Under the pieces are notes generated by a model. The model was not told the DNA's origin and ran no database searches. It saw nothing but the letters and a program-made list of their open reading frames with translations. From contig JAKIZT010000004.1 of the NCBI GenBank assembly GCA_022707885.1, forward strand, positions 103,697 to 167,696: DNA of 64,000 nt. Direction: 5' to 3'. Position numbers and translations under genes: made by a program. Source of the stretch: Caldisericales bacterium (GTDB lineage Bacteria; Caldisericota; Caldisericia; JAAYUI01). Positions 58,419-64,000 of this stretch are shown here, one piece after another; the first letter of the stretch is position 1, and each line of letters starts with the position of its first letter.

Positions 58419-59388
58419 ACATGTTTACCTTTCTTCTGCCCCATCTCATAGCCTCTTCGGGCTTGTAGAAGAAGACGTCAATAATGTTGTTTTTTATTGC
58501 CCCGCCACAATCGCCAGCAATGGCATACCCATAACCTTCAACATAGACTTTAGTAAAATAAGGGATAACTGCTGGATCAACCGCAATAATCCCATATCCT
58601 GACCTCATTCCGGTTGCCGTTGTCCATGGGTCAGCATCGCACTCTGCCACAGTTGGAGAATAAGCAGTAGCTTCCACAAGGATCTTCTCTATTGCCCCAC
58701 CAGGCATCTCGGCCTCTCCTATTGCCATTTCTTCGTGGATTGGCCTATGGGAGATTCTCGTTGAAATAAAGGTGGAGGTAACAAGTTTTCCATCCTCATA
58801 AATTTCCCTGTAAAGGTCTTCCCTCTCCCCGCCTGATCCAAGTTTCCACACCGCAACCTTGCCCTGATGGACCTGGTTGTTCGGAACATAATCAATCTCG
58901 TAAGGTATTCTTTCTTTCCTTCTTACAAGTTTGTGTTCCACTCTTACCACTCTCGTAAGCATTGTGCCTGGCCTATAGGGGTCTTCGGAGACCTGGATCC
59001 TGTCCAGTGGGCCAAGCTTTATGCCAATCTTCGAAACAGCATTTCGCAGATTTTTGCGAGTGCAGAGTATCTGCTTGCGCATGCCATCAAACTGGATGAT
59101 GACCGGGTTTGCCTTTTCGAACTCTATTTTTTCGCCAGACCTGAATGTGCTGTCCATATCTGAAACAACAAATCCCGCTGGTTTTATTACGACCCTGTCT
59201 GAGGGGTCAATCTTAAGCCCCATCTCTTGCAGGGCGCCACTTATAGTTTTTTGAAAAGTAACTCCCACATGGAGTTCCTGGCCGATATAAACCGCCACTG
59301 CTTTTGAGCTTGCAAATCCAAGAGTGGCAAAAACAAAGCCCAGTACGGCAATAATCCAATAAGCTGTTTTGGTGTCTTCACAATTCAT
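58384..59388 (-). CDS. YabE-like DUF348/G5/3D domain cell-wall protein
   Basis: N-terminal TM; G5-like segment; 3D domain VEATAY...AVDP...DCGGAIKNNIIDVF. Start at MNCED (track 59469). Confidence 0.88.
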   Translation of the reverse strand: MNCEDTKTAYWIIAVLGFVFATLGFASSKAVAVYIGQELHVGVTFQKTISGALQEMGLKIDPSDRVVIKPAGFVVSDMDSTFRSGEKIEFEKANPVIIQFDGMRKQILCTRKNLRNAVSKIGIKLGPLDRIQVSEDPYRPGTMLTRVVRVEHKLVRRKERIPYEIDYVPNNQVHQGKVAVWKLGSGGEREDLYREIYEDGKLVTSTFISTRISHRPIHEEMAIGEAEMPGGAIEKILVEATAYSPTVAECDADPWTTATGMRSGYGIIAVDPAVIPYFTKVYVEGYGYAIAGDCGGAIKNNIIDVFFYKPEEAMRWGRRKVNMYVLEWPKRSQR

Positions 59389-59437
59389 ACATTTTATGTA
59401 GTATATACTTGTGAACGTAATTCTGTCAAAGGAAACA

Positions 59438-60826
59438 ATGATAAGAAAGGCCAGGGAAACCCTGGCCAATCATTTTCGGGGCATAAAGCTCCACGATGAT
59501 GCAATGATGGTTGGCGGAACCATCAGGGACATACTCCTTGGAAGAACGCCAAAGGACATTGACATTGCAACCCCGAAAACTGCCGAACTTGTCCAGGGCT
59601 TTGTCGACAAGGGATTCACCCATGTCCTGCTGGATGAACAGCGCGACATCCACAGGATGGTTGGGAATGGCGTACACATAGACATCACGCCACTTCACCA
59701 TGACCATATCCATGACCTGATCGGAAGGGACTTCACCATCAACTCCATCGGTCTTGTGATAAGCACAGAGGAAATCCTGGACCCGCAAGGCGGAATGAAA
59801 GATCTCTCCAAAGGCCTCGTAAGGGCGCTTTCAGAAGACAGGTTCCTTGAAGACCCGCTCAGGCTGATAAGGGCATTCAGGATAGCCGCGGACCTCTCCT
59901 TCTCCATAGATCCCGTCACAAAGCGCTTCATAACAAAACATGCCCACCTGATAAACAGGCCAAGCAAGGAAAGAATAAGGGACGAGATTTGCTGGACAAT
60001 CGAGGCCCCAAGGTCATACCCGGTCATAGAAGAACTCACAAGAACGGGCATTCTGGGAAGAATACTGCCAGAATTTGCTTCCGTGTCACAGGTAATAGCC
60101 CACAAACCACATGCACTTGGCCTGACCGAGCACCTTCTCTGGACATACAAGTACCTTGAAGACATCCTGGAAGATCTCGACTCAATGCTTGGCGATTATG
60201 CCGACAACGCAAGGGAATTGCTTTCAACGGTTATGGCCTCCGACAGAAGAATATTCATTTGCACAAAATTGGCAGGCCTCCTTCATGACATAGGCAAGCC
60301 ACAAACAATAACCTATGAGGAAGAAGTGCATTTCCTTGAACATGACAGGGTCGGTTCTGAAATGGTTTCAAAAAGGATGGAGGAATTGAAGTTCTCATCC
60401 GCAGAAACCAAAACAGTTTCCGGAATAGTTTTAAACCACATGAGGCCACACAATCTCCAAAAACTGGACAGTGTGAGCCCCAAAGCTGTTTTCAAATATT
60501 TCAGGGATCTCGAGCAGATAGCCATACCAACCCTTCTGGTTGCTGTTGCAGATGCTTACGCAACCCAGATGATGCCATACGGGTCTTTGGACGCATACCA
60601 CGAATTTGTCAAATCGATGGTTGCCGAGAACCAGCAAATGGGCAAACCAAAACCACTGCTCACCGGAGACGAAATCATGAAGCTCCTTGGAATTGACCCC
60701 GGGCCAGAAGTAGGTCTTGCTGTCAGTTATCTTGCCGAAGCACAGGCACTCGGACAGATAACTACAAAAGCGCAAGCCAAGGAGCTAATAAAATCGAAAG
60801 GCTACCTAAATGAAGGAAACGCTTGA
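59438..60826 (+). CDS. Class II tRNA nucleotidyltransferase with HD domain (short-loop type)
   Basis: VGGTIRD...KDIDI, RDFTIN, EDPLRLIRAFR, LLHDIGKP, PGPEVG. Track start 59411. Confidence 0.88.
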   Translation: MIRKARETLANHFRGIKLHDDAMMVGGTIRDILLGRTPKDIDIATPKTAELVQGFVDKGFTHVLLDEQRDIHRMVGNGVHIDITPLHHDHIHDLIGRDFTINSIGLVISTEEILDPQGGMKDLSKGLVRALSEDRFLEDPLRLIRAFRIAADLSFSIDPVTKRFITKHAHLINRPSKERIRDEICWTIEAPRSYPVIEELTRTGILGRILPEFASVSQVIAHKPHALGLTEHLLWTYKYLEDILEDLDSMLGDYADNARELLSTVMASDRRIFICTKLAGLLHDIGKPQTITYEEEVHFLEHDRVGSEMVSKRMEELKFSSAETKTVSGIVLNHMRPHNLQKLDSVSPKAVFKYFRDLEQIAIPTLLVAVADAYATQMMPYGSLDAYHEFVKSMVAENQQMGKPKPLLTGDEIMKLLGIDPGPEVGLAVSYLAEAQALGQITTKAQAKELIKSKGYLNEGNA

Positions 60827-61841
60827 AAAATTCGTTCGGATAAGCTCTTCATCATGCCACGAGGAGAAAGTGGCAGAGCTTTTCCGGCAGATGATATCTG
60901 AAGCAGGCTACGAGACAAGAATCGACAGAATGGGAAATGTTTATGCAGAAATCTCCTGTGGTGTTGATGGGGCAAAAAAAATCATGATCACCGCCCACAG
61001 CGACGAGCCTGCACTGGCAGTCCAGGGGTTTACGGAAGATGGTTTTGTAAGAATATGGGACTGGTCGGGAGTCGACCACAAAGTGCTCCCAGGTCAGGAA
61101 GTCGTAATACACGGCACTTGCGAGATTCCTGCCATAATAGGAATTCTGCCCCCGCACCTGACAAAACCGGGCGACAAAAAAGCTGTTCCAATAACAAAAC
61201 TCTACGCCGACACCGGCATGCCGGCAGACTGGGTGACCGGCAAGGTAAAAATAGGCGACCAGGTTACATTCAAAAAACGCTTTTCCGAGCTGAAGAATGG
61301 CCGTGTTGCAGGTTGTGCACTGGACAACAGGTTAAGTGTAACAATGTTGATTGAACTGGCGAAAAAGCTGAAAAGGGTAAAACTTGATGTCGATGTTGTC
61401 CTGGTGTGCACCACGCAGGAAGAAATCGGCGGATACGGAGGATTTTCCGCTGCAATGGATGTAAAACCTGACCTTGCCATAGCTGTTGACACAACAACCG
61501 CAGAACAGCATGGGGAGTCCGGCAAATCATACTTGCCATTTGACAAGGTTTGCCTTGATAACGGGCCGATAATCAACCCAAAAATCAGGTCAGCATTTAT
61601 GAATGCTGCCGAGAAGCTAAACATAAAAACTTCAGAATACATTTTTTCATCAACCAGCATGACGGAGGCCGATTCGGCATGGGAAGCAGAGCTAGGAAGA
61701 CCAATATCTGTTGTCTCGATACCAGTCAGGTACCTCCACCAGCCGGTAGAGACAGTTGATCTCTCGGTCGCAGAAAGTGGCGTCGACCTGATATGCGAAT
61801 TTCTAATGGGGCTGCCGGCAAGCCTGGAAGGGGTGATCTGA
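60810..61841 (+). CDS. M42 family metallopeptidase 1
   Basis: AHSDE, ALDNR, QEEIG, VDTT, RYLH all present. Confidence 0.92.
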   Translation: MKETLEKFVRISSSSCHEEKVAELFRQMISEAGYETRIDRMGNVYAEISCGVDGAKKIMITAHSDEPALAVQGFTEDGFVRIWDWSGVDHKVLPGQEVVIHGTCEIPAIIGILPPHLTKPGDKKAVPITKLYADTGMPADWVTGKVKIGDQVTFKKRFSELKNGRVAGCALDNRLSVTMLIELAKKLKRVKLDVDVVLVCTTQEEIGGYGGFSAAMDVKPDLAIAVDTTTAEQHGESGKSYLPFDKVCLDNGPIINPKIRSAFMNAAEKLNIKTSEYIFSSTSMTEADSAWEAELGRPISVVSIPVRYLHQPVETVDLSVAESGVDLICEFLMGLPASLEGVI

Positions 61842-62866
61842 TGGAGCTCCTGAAAAAACTTTGCAATGCTTCCGGTGCGCCTGGCGACGAGAGCGAGATA
61901 AGACAGATATTGACCGATTTCTATTCCCAAATGGGCATCGCACCAACAACAGATCACGTTGGCAATATTTTCTTTGTAAAAGAAGGGAAACCAGGCAAGC
62001 CAATAATCATGCTTGACGCGCACATGGATGAGGTTGCCCTCCAGGTCACAGGACATACTTCCGAAGGTGAGTTGAAAGTTGCCCAGCTTGGCGGGATTGA
62101 CGACAGGGTGCTGGCATCCAAGCACGTCCTTGTTGGAAAAGAAAAAACAAGAGGTGTTATAGGTCTAAAACCAATCCACAACCAGAAACATGAGGAATGG
62201 GACGTTGTAACACCAACAAACGCTCTCGTTGTTGATATAGGTTGCAAGGATAAGGCAGAAGCTGAAAGAATGGCCCCACTTGGAACCACAATAGTTTTTG
62301 ATACCGAGTTCGAAGACTGGGGTGAGGTTGTAAAAGCAAAGTCTTTTGATGACAGAGCCGGGTGCTGGGCCGTATGCAAGACAATGGAAATGGAAACGGA
62401 ATGCACGCTTGTCGGATCATTCACCTTTGGCGAGGAGATAGGCATGAAAGGCGCCGTCTTTGCAGTTAGAAGATTCATGCCCGACCTGGTTGTTTCGCTC
62501 GAGGGAACATCTGCTGGTGACATGCCAGAGGTCCCAGAACACCAGAACTGTGCAAGGTTCAGGTGCGGCCCGGTAATAACATTTGAAGACCGCAGCGTGA
62601 TCATCCCAAGGAATTACCGCCTCCTGCTGGAAGACACTGCCCAGAAAAACAGCATCCAGTACCAATATAAGGGAACAGTAACTGGTGGAACAAATGCGGG
62701 AAGGATGCAATTCGAAAACGGTGGCACCCCATGTGTGGTCATCGCAGCACCTTGCAGGTACATCCATTCTCCAGTTTCACTGGCCGCAAAATCAGACCTT
62801 GAAGCAATGGTCGAACTTTCAAAGGCATTCATACAAAGAATTGACAAGGAAGGACTTCCGCAATGA
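61841..62866 (+). CDS. M42 family metallopeptidase 2
   Basis: AHMDE, FDDR, GEEIG, LEGT, RYIH; TGATG coupling (track start 61793). Confidence 0.93.
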   Translation: MELLKKLCNASGAPGDESEIRQILTDFYSQMGIAPTTDHVGNIFFVKEGKPGKPIIMLDAHMDEVALQVTGHTSEGELKVAQLGGIDDRVLASKHVLVGKEKTRGVIGLKPIHNQKHEEWDVVTPTNALVVDIGCKDKAEAERMAPLGTTIVFDTEFEDWGEVVKAKSFDDRAGCWAVCKTMEMETECTLVGSFTFGEEIGMKGAVFAVRRFMPDLVVSLEGTSAGDMPEVPEHQNCARFRCGPVITFEDRSVIIPRNYRLLLEDTAQKNSIQYQYKGTVTGGTNAGRMQFENGGTPCVVIAAPCRYIHSPVSLAAKSDLEAMVELSKAFIQRIDKEGLPQ

Positions 62867-63843
62867 AAGATATAATCCAGAAGCTGATTTCAATCCCATC
62901 TCCATCGGGTTTCGAGGAAAAACTCAGGGAACAGGTCACAAAACTCCTAGAGGGTAAAATAGGGGAAGTTGATTTCATGGGCAACCTCGTGGTCAAGCAC
63001 CCTGGGAAGGGTCCCAAAATCCTCGTTGAGGCCCAGATGGATGAAGACTCCATAATAGTAAACCACGTCGATAAAAATGGTTTTGTCAGGTTCTATCCGT
63101 CAACTGCAATGAAAGAAGCAGACATCCTGAACCGCCAGGTCATTTTCCCAAGCGGGGCCTGTGGCTACATCGGAGCTGAAGAAGTAGCAGAAGGGACCGT
63201 GCTTGGTTTTGACAAAATGTTCGTAGATATTGGGGCGCACGACAAAAAAACCGCAATGAAGATGGTCCAGATTGGGGACCACGCATCCTTCCACACGGAA
63301 TCCAGACTTGAAGGCGGAAGAGTCATCGGAGCTTCAAACTGTAAGGTTCCAGTTGCGGTATTGACATGGCTTGCAAACGAATATGATGGCGATGCCAATC
63401 TTGTATACGCCTTCACTGCACAGGGAAGACTTGGTGGCAGGGGCGCTGCAGCCATCATAACAAGAGAAAATCCGGACATCATTGTCACAATAGATTCAAC
63501 ACCAGCCACAGACACGCCAAACTGTCCGGACAAGGCAAAAATTGATCTGGACGCCGGTCCCGTCCTTGTTGTAAAAGGCAATATTGTTCCAAGAGACATG
63601 CACGCCATCTCTATTTTCGAGGAAGTGGCAGAGGCCTCTGGAATCCAGACCCAACGGACCGTGAAAGATGTCTACGATATGCATGATATGCGTATCGCAC
63701 GACTTGTTTCTTCAGTGTCGATTGTAACAATCGGCATACCAACCAGAAGGTTTGGCATGTTTGGCTCGGTTTCTTCAGTTTCTGATGCACAGGCTGCAGG
63801 AAAACTGCTCTCCAAAGCTTTGCGCAAAAAACTCGTCAAGTAA
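62863..63843 (+). CDS. M42 family peptidase homologue, catalytic residues lost
   Basis: M42 fold motifs (SPSGFE, DFMGNL, MFVDIGA) but AQMDE, ASNCK, QGRLG, RRFG in place of the metal ligands. Confidence 0.85.
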   Translation: MKDIIQKLISIPSPSGFEEKLREQVTKLLEGKIGEVDFMGNLVVKHPGKGPKILVEAQMDEDSIIVNHVDKNGFVRFYPSTAMKEADILNRQVIFPSGACGYIGAEEVAEGTVLGFDKMFVDIGAHDKKTAMKMVQIGDHASFHTESRLEGGRVIGASNCKVPVAVLTWLANEYDGDANLVYAFTAQGRLGGRGAAAIITRENPDIIVTIDSTPATDTPNCPDKAKIDLDAGPVLVVKGNIVPRDMHAISIFEEVAEASGIQTQRTVKDVYDMHDMRIARLVSSVSIVTIGIPTRRFGMFGSVSSVSDAQAAGKLLSKALRKKLVK

Positions 63844-63887
63844 GTTGAAATTTTCCAGCCCACAACTAGACTCGCTTCGGAGGAAAA

Positions 63888-64000
63888 ATGAAAAGAACAC
63901 CGCTTTATGAAAAACATGTAGCACTAGGGGCACAGATTGTCCCGTTCGCAGGTTATGAGATGCCAATCCAGTACACGTCAATTCTTGACGAACACAAAAC
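63888..64000 (+). CDS. gcvT: Glycine cleavage system aminomethyltransferase, 5' fragment
   Basis: [36 protein letters not shown] after GGAGG; runs off the right edge; not in the ORF track. Confidence 0.92.
   Translation, partial: MKRTPLYEKHVALGAQIVPFAGYEMPIQYTSILDEHK

Noticed and set aside
61202-62125. 307-aa ORF on the - strand
   Set aside because: Antisense to two intact M42 genes; low-information sequence.
4618-63843. Selenocysteine or pyrrolysine read-through
   Set aside because: Recognised enzymes end at plausible lengths; no in-frame TGA/TAG was seen splitting a conserved domain.
63844-63887. Glycine riboswitch before gcvT
   Set aside because: Only 44 nt of intergenic sequence, too short.
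1-64000. CRISPR array, IS elements, DGR/retron, rRNA
   Set aside because: No spaced direct repeats, transposase, reverse transcriptase or rRNA-like sequence found by reading; short or degenerate elements could be missed by eye.

Overview
Chromosomal 64-kb window (GC roughly mid-40s % by eye) from an anaerobic, probably peptide/amino-acid-fermenting bacterium. The many copper-amine-oxidase-N ('stalk') domain surface proteins suggest a Caldisericia-like lineage (inference only). Housekeeping genes: rplU (partial, left edge, not in the ORF track), hypAB, hutU, tyrS, acpS, pruA, tatA (not in the ORF track)-tatC, eno, rpmA-obg-nadD-rsfS, secDF, ispE, rsmA, a tRNA nucleotidyltransferase, three M42 peptidases, gcvT (partial, right edge), tRNA-Arg(CCG) and tRNA-Leu(CAG). 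Between them lie many large secreted or surface proteins (PQQ/NHL/FG-GAP propellers, Ig-like repeats, five with C-terminal stalk domains). No CRISPR array, integrase, transposase or prophage was seen. Best leads: (1) a two-gene Xre-HTH/ImmA-IrrE peptidase + DUF4411(PIN) islet with foreign-looking codon usage right after tRNA-Arg, a candidate TA/antiphage module; (2) two stalk-anchored surface paralogues sharing a PCTxCQGLP motif beside a variable, Cys-rich insertion; (3) an M42 triplet whose third member has lost its metal ligands; (4) a DUF4388/membrane/vWA-FHA signalling set with degenerate phospho-recognition residues; (5) a short-loop, likely CC-only tRNA nucleotidyltransferase; (6) rplU and rpmA separated by about 51 kb, a probable CUG start for rsfS, and a perfect 28-bp palindrome in the secD leader. 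All family calls come from motif recognition, not database searches.
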